Assembly: GCA_902495005.1 (NCBI GenBank)
Contig: CABUVL010000001.1
Coordinates: 23,370 to 87,369 of the forward strand
Direction: 5' to 3'
Length of the DNA: 64,000 nucleotides
Source of the DNA: an uncultured Verrucomicrobiota bacterium
GTDB lineage: Bacteria; Verrucomicrobiota; Verrucomicrobiia; Opitutales; UBA9783
The translations under genes were made by a program, and so were the position numbers. The notes under the pieces are model-generated. The model was not told where the DNA came from. It made no database searches and saw nothing but the letters and a program-made list of their open reading frames with translations. Below are positions 20,020-30,618 of the stretch, one piece after another; position 1 is the stretch's first letter; each line of letters opens with the position of its first letter.

Positions 20020-20340
20020 TTAAAGTAAACCAAGCTCCATTTTACCCTCGCGCGAAATTTTATCTTTGGACCACGGAGGATCCCAAACCAAGTTAACGTT
20101 CAAGGTGCCGACACCCTCTAAAATAGAGACTGCGTCGTGAATGGATTGAAATAAATAGGGCGCCATGGGACACGAAGGCGACGTCAATGTAAGGTCAATG
20201 TTAACGTCGTACACAGCTTCATTGCGTTTTAAATGAACGCCATACACAAGGCCCAAGCTCACAATGTCTAAATGTATTTCTGGATCCTGAACACTGTGCA
20301 ATTGATCCCATATTTTATTCAATAATGCGGCTTCATCCAT
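20020..20340 (-). CDS. DUF59/MIP18-family Fe-S assembly protein (SufT-like)
   Basis: VQDPEIHLDIVSLGLVY and LTLTSPSCPMAPYL motifs. It is the last gene of the suf operon, and its start at 20340 overlaps the sufD stop. Confidence 0.85.
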   Translation of the reverse strand: MDEAALLNKIWDQLHSVQDPEIHLDIVSLGLVYGVHLKRNEAVYDVNIDLTLTSPSCPMAPYLFQSIHDAVSILEGVGTLNVNLVWDPPWSKDKISREGKMELGLL

Positions 20341-21214
20341 GGCAATTAGAAAGTAATGCATCCATGAACGGTGCAATGAAAGACAAATGTTCGTACGTCG
20401 GCCTTAAAAAGCCTTGTAACAGTACTTGTTGAGCCTGTACATAACTCAAGCCACGCGATTGTAAGTAAAATAAAGCGGCCTCATCCAACTTCTGCGTTGC
20501 ACTCCCGTGGCTTGCGCTGACATATTTATTGTGAATGTTGAGCTTTGGGCTTGAAACAACACGCGCATCACCGGATAGCAGGTAGTTAAAATTATTTTGC
20601 GTCGATTGGGCGTATTTCGCTCCCGGGAGGATCGTAACATCGCCACTAAACGTAAATTGAGCCGCACGATTGAGAACAGTTTTTACGCAACAATTGGAAT
20701 ACGTATGTGGCTTTTCATGTTCAATCCGAATGCGAGTAGAAACATTTGAACCGTCGCACACAAAGCACGAGCGCCAATCCACACGCGCGTTTTCTCCCGC
20801 CAAACACACCTGGACTTGTTCTGCACAGTCGTGTGGATTCAAGCCGTACGTCAAATGCGTCACTTGCGCATCATTCAACAGATTAAATTGATAATCAACA
20901 CTATTCGCGGGGGCTACGTGTTGCAAACAAGCCGATTGATCCACAAAATACACTTGTTGATGGGAACTCGCCGTGTCGAAGAGCTGAATAGAAATTTCTG
21001 GCGGCACGTGGACTTCCAGACGCGTGGTCTCCGCCCCTAAACGAAAGGTAAAAAGTTGACGGTTGGCCTGCGCGTTAAACTCAAATAGAGCCTCTGTGTC
21101 TTTTTTACACCAATTACCATACGAGCTGATCGTATCTTCACTTAAAACAATCAGTTGATCATTCAATGCTTGCACAAGATACGCGCTTGACGGGCAAAGA
21201 TTATCCAACGGCAT
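20333..21214 (-). CDS. sufD: Fe-S cluster assembly protein SufD
   Basis: Positioned between sufB and the DUF59 gene with overlapping stop/start. The C-terminal SufBD beta-helix pattern is present ([51 protein letters not shown]). Confidence 0.85.
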   Translation of the reverse strand: MPLDNLCPSSAYLVQALNDQLIVLSEDTISSYGNWCKKDTEALFEFNAQANRQLFTFRLGAETTRLEVHVPPEISIQLFDTASSHQQVYFVDQSACLQHVAPANSVDYQFNLLNDAQVTHLTYGLNPHDCAEQVQVCLAGENARVDWRSCFVCDGSNVSTRIRIEHEKPHTYSNCCVKTVLNRAAQFTFSGDVTILPGAKYAQSTQNNFNYLLSGDARVVSSPKLNIHNKYVSASHGSATQKLDEAALFYLQSRGLSYVQAQQVLLQGFLRPTYEHLSFIAPFMDALLSNCHG

Positions 21215-22613
21215 TATTCACCTCCACATCAATGAGTCGCTTAAGCTCAATACTGTACTCCATCGGGAACTCATGCACGAGATCGTTGACAAAGCCATTC
21301 ACGCTTAAGCTCATGGCCTCCGGACGAGTGAGTCCACGTTGTTGCAGATAAAACAACTTTTCTTCGTCGATACAAGTAATGCTGGCTTCGTGCTTAATGT
21401 CGTGGAGATTCCCATTCACCTCAATGTAAGGGTACGTCCCCGTTGGGCTATCATCTCCCAAGAGCAACGAGTGGCATTCGGTATTATTTTTGCATCCCTG
21501 TAGCCCTGGTTTAACAAAAACTTGACCGCGATAGCCCGCCCAACCTTGTCCAATGGAAATAGACTTTGACACGATGTTGGAACTCGTCTCATCAGCCAGA
21601 TGGATGGCCCGCGCGCCCGTATCTTGCCGTTGACCATCGTGCGCAAGAGCAATCGACAACACTTCTCCGCGCGCCTTACGCCCCTTCAGAATGAGTCCCG
21701 GGAACTTGACGGTTATGCGGGAGCCGATATTACAGTCAATCCATCGAAGGTCCGCGTCTTCTTCCACCCAAGCTCGTTTTGTCACTAAATTGAGCACATT
21801 GGATGACCAATTTTGAACCGTAATGTATTGCAACTTTGAACCTTTTTTGGCCACCAATTCTACGACGGCCGAGTGTAAATTTTGCGTGTCAAATGCGGGA
21901 GCCGTGCAGCCTTCCATGTACGTAAGTTCGGCCCCCTCATCAACGATGATGAGTGTACGCTCAAATTGGCCAGAACGTTCCGCATTAATGCGAAAATACG
22001 CCTGCAAAGGTTGAGCAAGTTTAACGCCTTTCGGCACGTAAATGAAGCTACCGCCGCTAAAAACAGCACTGTTCAATGCGGCAAATTTATTGTCTTGGAC
22101 GGGGACAATTTTTGAAAAATAAGGCTCGAAAATATCAGGGTACTTGCGCAAACCTTCGCTCGAACTGGTAAAAATAACCCCCTGTTGTTCAAGTTGACTG
22201 CGCATCTTTGAATAGGCAAATTCACTGTCAAATTGCGCTTCAACCCCCGCGAGGAACTTCCGTTCACGTTCGGGGATACCCAATTGCTCGAACGTTTGCT
22301 TAATGGACGCCGGCACTTCTTCCCAAGTCTTTTTAACCTTTAAGCTTTCGGCCACGTAGTAGTGAAGCCGTTGGTAATCAATATCATTGATCCATTGGGG
22401 CAACCACGTAGGCACCTTCTGTTCTAAAAAGGATTGCAATGCGCGGCATCGGAACTGGAACCACTTCTCGGATTCTCCCTTTGCGTCCACCATGTAACGA
22501 ATCGTTTGTTCGTTGAGCCCTTCCCCCGCATTGTAGTCATAGTTCGTCGGCGTCACTTGCCGAGAATCTTGTCGTAACTGGCTAAAATTTTGTAAACGCA
22601 TCTTAGAGGTCAT
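21201..22613 (-). CDS. sufB: Fe-S cluster assembly protein SufB
   Basis: 470 aa with canonical SufB blocks: [61 protein letters not shown]. Confidence 0.95.
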   Translation of the reverse strand: MTSKMRLQNFSQLRQDSRQVTPTNYDYNAGEGLNEQTIRYMVDAKGESEKWFQFRCRALQSFLEQKVPTWLPQWINDIDYQRLHYYVAESLKVKKTWEEVPASIKQTFEQLGIPERERKFLAGVEAQFDSEFAYSKMRSQLEQQGVIFTSSSEGLRKYPDIFEPYFSKIVPVQDNKFAALNSAVFSGGSFIYVPKGVKLAQPLQAYFRINAERSGQFERTLIIVDEGAELTYMEGCTAPAFDTQNLHSAVVELVAKKGSKLQYITVQNWSSNVLNLVTKRAWVEEDADLRWIDCNIGSRITVKFPGLILKGRKARGEVLSIALAHDGQRQDTGARAIHLADETSSNIVSKSISIGQGWAGYRGQVFVKPGLQGCKNNTECHSLLLGDDSPTGTYPYIEVNGNLHDIKHEASITCIDEEKLFYLQQRGLTRPEAMSLSVNGFVNDLVHEFPMEYSIELKRLIDVEVNNAVG

Positions 22614-23373
22614 TGAATCCAGATTGCTTGATCTGGTCTAAAAGTTCCAGACGTCCCGAACGGACAATTTGCCCGTCTCGTAATAAGTGCACGCAGGTCG
22701 GTTGAATTTGTTCAATAAATGGGATCGAGTGGGTGATCACCAAAAAGCTTGTCTGACAGTTCGTTTGCAAGTGGTGAAGCACGTGGACAACAATTTTTAA
22801 CGCATCCACATCGAGGCCACTGTCGATTTCATCCAAGATTACGAACTTCGGTTGGAACAGCAAAAGCTGCAGCATCTCAAAACGTTTTTTTTCGCCGCCA
22901 GAGAAGCCTTGATTTAAGCTTCTACGGGTGAAGTCACGCGGCAAGTTTACTTGATCAAGCAGAGTGTACAGATACTCGTAAAATTGCGTTGCCGAGTAAC
23001 GTGAGGCGGGTAAATGCGTGTGCGCATGAATGGCCGTTCGCAAGAAATTGACAACAGAAACTCCTTCCACTTCGCAGGGTGCTTGAAAGGCCATAAAAAT
23101 CCCCAACTGCGACCGTTTTTCAGGTGGCATTGCGTCGATGGATTGCCCGGCAAATAGCATATGACCACTTTGAATTTTGTAATTGGGATGCCCGGCAATT
23201 GCCTTGGCCAAGGAACTCTTGCCCGAACCATTCGGCCCCATCAACACGTGGATTTCTTGCCTCAAGATGCGCATGGACAAATGGCTTAGAATAACGCGTT
23301 CTGCAATGTTTAAATTGACCTTATCAATGCACAATACCTCTTTATCCATTATGTTTTCAATTTTAAGTTGCAT
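22603..23373 (-). CDS. sufC: Fe-S cluster assembly ATPase SufC
   Basis: Walker [11 protein letters not shown], signature [14 protein letters not shown], Walker [13 protein letters not shown]. It overlaps the sufB start. Confidence 0.95.
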   Translation of the reverse strand: MQLKIENIMDKEVLCIDKVNLNIAERVILSHLSMRILRQEIHVLMGPNGSGKSSLAKAIAGHPNYKIQSGHMLFAGQSIDAMPPEKRSQLGIFMAFQAPCEVEGVSVVNFLRTAIHAHTHLPASRYSATQFYEYLYTLLDQVNLPRDFTRRSLNQGFSGGEKKRFEMLQLLLFQPKFVILDEIDSGLDVDALKIVVHVLHHLQTNCQTSFLVITHSIPFIEQIQPTCVHLLRDGQIVRSGRLELLDQIKQSGFNDL

Positions 23374-23644
23374 TCAACTGGCTTGTCAAAACGAAGTCAA
23401 CGTTTATTCTTTTATAATCGACCGACCGTCAACAATTTATTCATCACCAAACAATTAATGACATAAACAAACCACAAGCACAACTCGTTGACGGCTCCGG
23501 CCTACCAAAGAATATCGTTTGCAAATACGTTGGTAGGTAAAGGGGTGCGTAGCGGCCGTTTCGTCTTGGCCTGACTCCAGATAAAACGGCCAATACGGCA
23601 TACGCCATCATTGTACAAATTAGAAAGTCCTCGCAACCTGTAAG

Positions 23645-24460
23645 CTACCAATTAAACTTCGTACGCAGGTTGTCGAAGTATGAAAAATCATTGGGTTGAA
23701 CAAAGGACACCGTCTCTTCCGCAATGCCTATCGTTAAGGGCAACAAGGGTGACGGATACTTTCTGCCATCCCGAACCACTTCAACGTTATCTTTGGAATG
23801 GATGACGAGTTGAATGGAATTGTCAAATACAAGGGTACGATTGAAAAAATCGTGAGGGCAAATGGGCGTCATGCACCACGTGCTACTCGACGGATGCAAC
23901 ACGGGCCCGTGCGCCGACAAATTGTACGCCGTTGACCCCGTGGAGGTGCAAAAAATCATGCCATCTGAGCGCGTACGCGTTACAAGTAAGCCCGAAGGGA
24001 GTTCGATCTCTAAATTAACCAAACGCAGTGCTCGTGATTTGAGCACAATATCATTGAGAGCGAATAAGACAGACTGATCCCCCGTAACCGCCTTTAAGAG
24101 ATGCCGCGAGCTGAGTTGATAATCACCTTTCACCAAGTTAGGCAAGTGCTCCGAAAGCGCTTGAATTGAATACATGGTTAAAAAACCTAAATGCCCGCAA
24201 TTGATGCCAATAATAGGTTTTTGATGACGTAAGGCGTACGGTGCAAGGCTCAAAATGGTTCCGTCCCCACCCACACTCATGATCGCATCACAGGTGTCAA
24301 ATGGAATGCTCGCCAGCTGATACAAGGTATAGGTGCTCGTCTGAATCCCAAATTGCGCCAACAATTTTTGGAGGGTAGGGACTTGCTGACGAGCCTTAAA
24401 CTTCGTCTCATTGAGTATAATAATCAGCTTTTGGATAGGCGTATTTTTTGTATTGTACAT
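23645..24460 (-). CDS. nadK: NAD kinase
   Basis: Diagnostic GGDGT motif (IMSVGGDGTILS), INCGHLGFL, and STGSTAYNLSAHGPVLHP. Confidence 0.92.
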   Translation of the reverse strand: MYNTKNTPIQKLIIILNETKFKARQQVPTLQKLLAQFGIQTSTYTLYQLASIPFDTCDAIMSVGGDGTILSLAPYALRHQKPIIGINCGHLGFLTMYSIQALSEHLPNLVKGDYQLSSRHLLKAVTGDQSVLFALNDIVLKSRALRLVNLEIELPSGLLVTRTRSDGMIFCTSTGSTAYNLSAHGPVLHPSSSTWCMTPICPHDFFNRTLVFDNSIQLVIHSKDNVEVVRDGRKYPSPLLPLTIGIAEETVSFVQPNDFSYFDNLRTKFNW

Positions 24461-24487
24461 TTTATAAAACGTTTTTATCTTACCCTC

Positions 24488-25000
24488 ATGTTACAATCTC
24501 AAAACATAAACGCCAGTTTTTTTAATAAACTGAAGAAAATTCAATTAATTATATTTGATGTAGATGGCATTTTAACGGACGGCCGACTTTATTATGGGGC
24601 CGATGGCGAGTGCATGAAAGTTTTTCACGCCAAAGATGGGTACGGGATTCGTGGTGCCAAGGCCCACGGGTATCAATTGGCAATTATTACGGCGAGAGAG
24701 TCATTATTTGTTCAAAAGCGCGCCGAAGATCTGGGCATCGAACATGTTTTCCAAAATGCAAAGGACAAAAAGCCCGCATTTGAAAAATTATGCCAAGACT
24801 TAAAACTCGATTACGAACAAGTCGCGTACATGGGTGACGATGTTTTAGATCTACCCGTCATCGATCTTGTAGGCTTCGCGGCCTGCCCAGCAGACGCTTG
24901 GCCTACCGTCAAATCACACTGCGATTGGGTATCTTGCTACAAGGGAGGTCATGGAGCGGCCCGTGAGTTTTGCGATTTGATCGTTCAGTCAAAATTGTAA
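24488..25000 (+). CDS. kdsC: 3-deoxy-D-manno-octulosonate 8-phosphate phosphatase KdsC
   Basis: HAD motifs IIFDVDGILTDG, HAKDGYGIR and YMGDDVLDLPV. The track ORF starts at 24353, antisense to nadK; Met 24488 gives the normal length. Confidence 0.88.
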   Translation: MLQSQNINASFFNKLKKIQLIIFDVDGILTDGRLYYGADGECMKVFHAKDGYGIRGAKAHGYQLAIITARESLFVQKRAEDLGIEHVFQNAKDKKPAFEKLCQDLKLDYEQVAYMGDDVLDLPVIDLVGFAACPADAWPTVKSHCDWVSCYKGGHGAAREFCDLIVQSKL

Positions 25001-25001
25001 T

Positions 25002-26021
25002 ATGCGTTACCTAGGCCTAGAAAGCTCGTGCGACGAAACCGCGTTGGCCGTGTGGGAAAGTCGGCGCGGGATTATTTATGAGCAGGTCCTCTCACAAATT
25101 GAATTGCATCGCGCTTACGGAGGTGTGGTCCCAGGCATAGCAATTCGTGAACATTTAACGGGCTTTCAAGTTCTTTTAAAACAAATACAACAGCAAATTG
25201 ATTTGCAATCCATTGACGTCATAGGCGTTACCCACGGACCAGGGCTCATGGGCTGCCTGGGCGTTGGACTCGCTTACGCTCAATCACTGCATTGGGCACT
25301 ACGTAAGCCGCTCGTGGGAATAAATCACTTGCAAGGGCACGCCTTATCCCCTTTTATTCAACGAGCGAACAACGCTGACTTCGTCTGGGAGCACGTATGT
25401 CCACACTTGGGGCTTCTGGTTTCAGGCGGAAACACATTGCTGTTCGAAATGCACTGCGTGTCAGGTAATTTGATCTTTAAGATACTCGCACAAACGCAAG
25501 ATGACGCTGCGGGAGAAGCCTTGGATAAGGGCGCTCGCCTGCTTGGATTCCCTTACCCGGGAGGACCCTTTATTGAAAAGGAAGCCTGCAAGGGAGATGC
25601 AGATTTCGTCCACTTCCCAAGAGCTTTTCAAAAAAAAGGTGAGTGGAAGTACAGCTTTTCTGGCTTAAAAACCAGCTTGCGTTACTTTTTAGAAAAACAA
25701 TCTGAGACTTGGATTAAGAGCAACTTGGCCTCCATCTGTGCAGCGTACCAAGCCGCCGTATGCGATGCACTTACGAGCAAGGTAATCGACGCCTTGAGAG
25801 AAAAATCTTACCGCAGTTTTGGCTTATCGGGCGGTGTATCTAACAACGGAACACTGCGACAAAAATGCCAAGACATCGCCCAACGTCACGGCATTCCGCT
25901 CTTCCTGCCCGCACGTCCTTATTGTGGAGACAATGCCGCCATGATTGCCTTCGCCACAAGCCTGAAAACAACCCCCAACGGCTTTGCCTTAAACCCCAAT
26001 TTAACCTTACCCGAGGCTTAA
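25002..26021 (+). CDS. tsaD: tRNA N6-adenosine threonylcarbamoyltransferase TsaD
   Basis: MRYLGLESSCDETALAV, HLQGHALSPF, GLLVSGGNTLL and CGDNAAMIAF motifs. Confidence 0.93.
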   Translation: MRYLGLESSCDETALAVWESRRGIIYEQVLSQIELHRAYGGVVPGIAIREHLTGFQVLLKQIQQQIDLQSIDVIGVTHGPGLMGCLGVGLAYAQSLHWALRKPLVGINHLQGHALSPFIQRANNADFVWEHVCPHLGLLVSGGNTLLFEMHCVSGNLIFKILAQTQDDAAGEALDKGARLLGFPYPGGPFIEKEACKGDADFVHFPRAFQKKGEWKYSFSGLKTSLRYFLEKQSETWIKSNLASICAAYQAAVCDALTSKVIDALREKSYRSFGLSGGVSNNGTLRQKCQDIAQRHGIPLFLPARPYCGDNAAMIAFATSLKTTPNGFALNPNLTLPEA

Positions 26022-26080
26022 CGAGATTTTTATATTGCTTTTCTCCAGAAAATACAGCATAAATACCCTATTGCAAATTT

Positions 26081-26170
<90 letters not shown>

Positions 26171-26997
26171 CTTCCGTACCTTGCGAGGGCGCAATGAGCT
26201 GATATTTATACGCTAGGCACAAATTTCAAGGCTCAACTATTTTTAAGGAAGGTACAGAGGCGTAAGCTTTACACAGATGGGTAGATGTTACTATCTGAAT
26301 GTGTGATGATTAAAATGGAACTTTCCATTATCTCATCCTCCGCTGAAAGAGGCCCAGGAAAGGCAGCAGTAAGGTAAAATTCGTGAGATACAACTGGCGC
26401 AACTGACCTAAAAACACAAAGGGCAAGTGGGTAGAAGCGGAGGAAGCACAAATTTTTAAGAACCAAAGAGACAAGACTCCCAAATGCATCAGCCAACATA
26501 AGAGGCTCGTAAGGCTCCATATACAGTTGAGCACGCAAAAGACCTGCTAGGAAACTTGAAAGGTTGCATAGAAGAATTTTTCGAGCGTTGGACTTCAACG
26601 CAAACGCCTCTCTAAGTGTAAAATCCAAATGCAGAAAAAGAATTCAGGCAGCATCCATGCGATGCAGAGGGTACACCACTTCATTGGAAATTGAGAACAT
26701 GCTTTTTAAAAGTAGACTTTCATTGAGACAATCGAAGGATTAAGAACTAGACGATAAAAATGCCATTCTCAGCCCAATGTCCGTCCTAAAAAGCGGCCCG
26801 ATACTTATGAGTTTCCAAATTATTAAAGGGGAAGCTGTAAGTTTTAATCGTTAACGATGAAGGCTATTCAGGCCTTGGTATTTTCCAAAATTTGGCTAAT
26901 TTACAAAACCTTGTGGGGCAGCTTAGCAACTCTTTTTCCTCAGATCCAAGCAATGGTTTCCTGAAAAATTCATTGCAGGTAGGTTTGCCCATTGTGC

Positions 26998-27579
26998 TTA
27001 TTTTTCGAACCGAGCTTTATCAATTTCCGTTATCTCCCGGATAACCCTACACGGATTTCCAGCAGCGATCACACTGCTTGGAATATCTTTCGTAACGATA
27101 GAACCGGCCCCAATAACAACCTCATCCCCAATGCTTACACCCGGCAAAACAACCACATTTCCACCGAACCAAACATGATTACCAACGCTTATGGGGAAAG
27201 CGTACTCGAGTCCTCTATTTCTTGTTTCGGCATCCAGCGGGTGTTGCGGCGTATAAAAGGCACAATTCGGCCCCACAAAAACATAATCGCCAAAGGTCAC
27301 TTTCGCGGCATCCAAAATAATCAAGTTGTAATTTGCATAAAAATGATCGCCGACCTCGATGTTATAACCGTAATCACATAAAAATGGAGATTCAATGTTA
27401 ACATTTCCTCGCGCCCTTATGATTTGTTGCATTACGGATTGACGTGCGTCTATTTCATTGGGGAGGAGCTGATTGTACTTGTAACAAAGCACCTTACATC
27501 GCATCCTTTCATTAATTAAAGTCGTGTCATGGTTGGCATCGTACAAAACACCCCGTCTCATTTTCTCTTTTTCACTCAT
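26998..27579 (-). CDS. maltose/galactoside O-acetyltransferase family (hexapeptide repeat)
   Basis: Mac-type N-terminus (MSEKEKMRRGVLYDANHDTTLINERMRCKVLCYKYNQL), then left-handed beta-helix hexapeptide repeats (VWFGGNVVVLPGVSIGDEVVIGAGSIVTKDIP). Confidence 0.88.
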   Translation of the reverse strand: MSEKEKMRRGVLYDANHDTTLINERMRCKVLCYKYNQLLPNEIDARQSVMQQIIRARGNVNIESPFLCDYGYNIEVGDHFYANYNLIILDAAKVTFGDYVFVGPNCAFYTPQHPLDAETRNRGLEYAFPISVGNHVWFGGNVVVLPGVSIGDEVVIGAGSIVTKDIPSSVIAAGNPCRVIREITEIDKARFEK

Positions 27580-27824
27580 CTCGCTTCCTTCGCCTGCCCG
27601 AATTCCTCATCATTCTACAAAAACATCAAGATTTCCACAAGCCGCAAATCACACGCCGATGAAATTGATTATAAACGGCCCGTTCAATTAATTTATTCAA
27701 GACATGCAGGATGGAATGTACATAAACCATCAAAATTATCAACAAATTAAATGCATTTAGGTGCATTGCGCTCAGACACGTCTTACCAACACTATAATTT
27801 ACCTGCCGACAACTGTGCTACGTT

Positions 27825-29348
27825 TTACCGCCACATTCGATCAAAACAACGGTACTGCAGTGCTTCCATAAGGTGCTTTTGTTGAATGTCCGTGTGCGAC
27901 AAATCGGCGATGGTCCGCGCAATCCTCAAAATTTTTTGATAGGCGCGTGCAGAAATTTGCAACTGCTCGCACGCTTGATGCAACCATCGTTGATTCTCAT
28001 TGGACAAACGGCAAACTTGCTGCATTTGACCTTCCGTAAGGTAAGCGTTGTACGTACTCGAGCGCTCCAACTGAATCTTACGAGCCGCCGAAATTCGTTG
28101 TTTAACAACGTGAGAAGATTCTTCCGCTTCCGCATTGCGGAACATCGACAAATCGACCGGCTGAACTTCCAACTGAAGGTCCATGCGGTCCAAGAGCGGG
28201 CCACTGATACGCGCTCGATATTTTTGGATCTGCATGTGCGTGCATTGGCAACGTCGTTGACGGCTTCCAAAGTACCCACAGGGACATGGATTCAACGCCG
28301 CGACCAGCAAGGTCTTACACGGGAAAGTCAATTTGCCGGCGCTGCGGGCAATCGTCACCTGCCCCTCTTCCAGCGGTTGACGTAGCATCTCCAAAACAGA
28401 TCGCCTAAATTCCGGCAATTCATCCAAGAATAGGACACCCCTGTGCGCCAAAGAAATTTCCCCCGGCTGAGGCACAATGCCGCCGCCGATAAGCCCCGCG
28501 TCGCTAATATTGTGGTGCGGCGACCTGAAAGGCCGCTTGATGCGCGTGCAATCGTACGGGACGCCACACACAGATTGAATCTGCAAAATTTCTAGCCACT
28601 CATCGTAAGTGGGCAGCGGCATTAACTCGGGAATGCACTTTGCGATCATGGACTTACCACAGCCTGGAGGCCCCATCATGAGTAAGTTGTGGTTGCCGGC
28701 CACCGCAATTTCAACCGCACGTTTTAAAATGTGTTGGCCACGGACGTTCGCCAAATCGTGGACGATCGGGCCCGTATCGGCCTGCAAATGTCGAACACTC
28801 GGCAATGGTTTTAATGCGAGACGCCCGCTTAAAAATTCCACGCATTGTCTGAGGGTCTCAATGCCGTAAACTTCGACCCCCTCAACAAAGGTCGCCGGAA
28901 GAGCCGAGTGCTGGGGGAGCAAAATCCCACGCTTGTTCAACTTTTTTGCCAATAACGCCAAATTAAATGCGCCACAAATGGGCCTCGTTTGCCCCGACAA
29001 GCTCAATTCGCCAGCCACTAAAAATTGCGATGCCAAACTTAAATTTGCCTGCTGTGTCGCTTCAATGATGGCCAAGGCAATTGGTAAATCGTAAAAAGGC
29101 CCCTCCTTACGCAAGTTACCCGGCGCCAAGTTGATCGTCGTACGCGAAGTGGGCAAATTAAAGCCGCTGTTTCCAAGTGCGGAAAACACGCGATTCTGAG
29201 ATTCTTTAACCGCCGCATCGGGCAGGCCGACAATCACCCAACGTAATTCTCCACGTTCCCCCGTATTGACCTCAATATAAACAGGTAGCGCTTCAATCCC
29301 GTGTAAACTTCCAGAATCTATAATTGCAAGCATACAAAGTGTCCACAA
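27825..29348 (-). CDS. comM: Mg-chelatase-like AAA+ protein ComM/YifB
   Basis: Lon-protease-like N-domain, then AAA+ core (LLMMGPPGCGKSM, GVLFLDELPEF) and a C-terminal ChlI-type domain. A probable alternative start is at 29333. Confidence 0.9.
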   Translation of the reverse strand: MWTLCMLAIIDSGSLHGIEALPVYIEVNTGERGELRWVIVGLPDAAVKESQNRVFSALGNSGFNLPTSRTTINLAPGNLRKEGPFYDLPIALAIIEATQQANLSLASQFLVAGELSLSGQTRPICGAFNLALLAKKLNKRGILLPQHSALPATFVEGVEVYGIETLRQCVEFLSGRLALKPLPSVRHLQADTGPIVHDLANVRGQHILKRAVEIAVAGNHNLLMMGPPGCGKSMIAKCIPELMPLPTYDEWLEILQIQSVCGVPYDCTRIKRPFRSPHHNISDAGLIGGGIVPQPGEISLAHRGVLFLDELPEFRRSVLEMLRQPLEEGQVTIARSAGKLTFPCKTLLVAALNPCPCGYFGSRQRRCQCTHMQIQKYRARISGPLLDRMDLQLEVQPVDLSMFRNAEAEESSHVVKQRISAARKIQLERSSTYNAYLTEGQMQQVCRLSNENQRWLHQACEQLQISARAYQKILRIARTIADLSHTDIQQKHLMEALQYRCFDRMWR

Positions 29349-29417
29349 ATTGATCCACAGCCTAACGAATCTTTATTTCATTTAGCAAGGCAGAATTACG
29401 CTTATCTACAATTTCCT

Positions 29418-29446
29418 TTGACAAGCAAGCGTTTCCCTTATAAGAT
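29418..29446 (+). promoter_or_regulatory. sigma70-like promoter (TTGACA-17 nt-TAAGAT) directly abutting the pilin-like ORF
   Basis: TTGACA is at 29418-29423, the spacer is 17 nt, and TAAGAT is at 29441-29446. The ATG at 29455 lies 8 nt after the -10 element. Confidence 0.5.
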
Positions 29447-29454
29447 TAAAGCTG

Positions 29455-30133
29455 ATGGGCACGCAAACAAGAGAACCGAGGCTGGCCGCGGCTGCTAATA
29501 AGACAAATAGGAATAATCTTACGGGGGCAGGCAATGCTGTTGGCAGGAGCTGCCGAAAAATAGGGTTCCCTCAAATACAAGCTACTCAAGCGGGCATTGC
29601 CAAGCGTCGCTCTAATCTTAGCGCTTTTACATTATTCGAAATCATGGTAGCCTTGTGTGTCGTCGCGATCTTAACCACTTTTGCCATCCCTGGCTTTAAA
29701 AAAATATCCGATGACATTAAGATCAACACAACTGTCAATGATACATTAGCCCTCGTGAAAAGTATTCGAGCACACTATCTTATTTTCAGAATTTCCAGGT
29801 AGCACCATTAACAATTTTTTCGATTTAAATCTAAGACATTTTATTCCCGACTATTTACTTACTGATAATCAAAATGACAACAACATTCAAGTTGCCCATC
29901 ATCCGTTAAATAATACAGCCTATAATTATGGTATTGATAACGGGATATATGCGCGCTGTCCCATAGGTTTAACATTAGGCATACCTCATGACACTACAGC
30001 AGAGTTGCCCGTAGCCCTCATGAATAAACTAAGAAATTTATTAGGTGAACAATACATTTGGGACTTCTACATTACCTGGGCTTGTACACTACCTGAATGT
30101 TATTACGACCAGTGTGAAAATCGCTATTACTAA
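29455..30133 (+). pseudogene. type IV pilin/pseudopilin-like gene interrupted by a +1 frameshift
   Basis: Frame 1 (29455-29802) carries the prepilin motif ..SNLSA/FTLFEIMVALCVVAILTTFAIPGF and stops at TAG 29800. Frame 2 is open from 29759 to TAA 30131-30133 without any start codon. It encodes a plausible pilin globular part ending in a Cys-rich C-terminus (..ARCP..WACTLPECYYDQCENRYY). Confidence 0.6.
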
Positions 30134-30618
30134 ATACCTTTCCCTAAATCAAAACATAAATTAAGTTAAGAAACCACACAAAAATAAGGTGCTAAGGATT
30201 TTTCAAATTCCCAAAAAATCACAATCAAAAACCATAAGCTCATGCCTTTAAAATCACTAAGCACGCTTCAAACAGAAATCAAACAGCTGCAAAATTAGAA
30301 GGGGGACGGTAGGCAAAAATTCTAAGCACACCCGTCCCACGGCTCAAGAGGCGTGCTTTTACACAATTCACCCAAAAGACACGCTTTCGTATTTATCTTT
30401 ATCTACCTCATTAAATGACGTGAAAGTTCAATAAAAGCACCGAAGTTAAAATAGTCAAGGTATACAGCCTCAAACTCGGACGATGGCCAACCGTTATTGC
30501 TTTTTACAGAAAGCTTTATAGGGAAAAATGAACACAACAAGCGATTAAATGCTAAAATTTTGAACAAAAGTGTTGTTTTTATTCATATAACTTGTTTTTT
30601 TGAATACATTATTCGGAC

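Noticed and set aside
27873-28385. 170-aa plus-strand ORF and other ORFs inside comM.
   Set aside because: They are antisense to a full-length ComM/YifB frame, and their Arg/Leu-rich composition is typical of spurious antisense ORFs.
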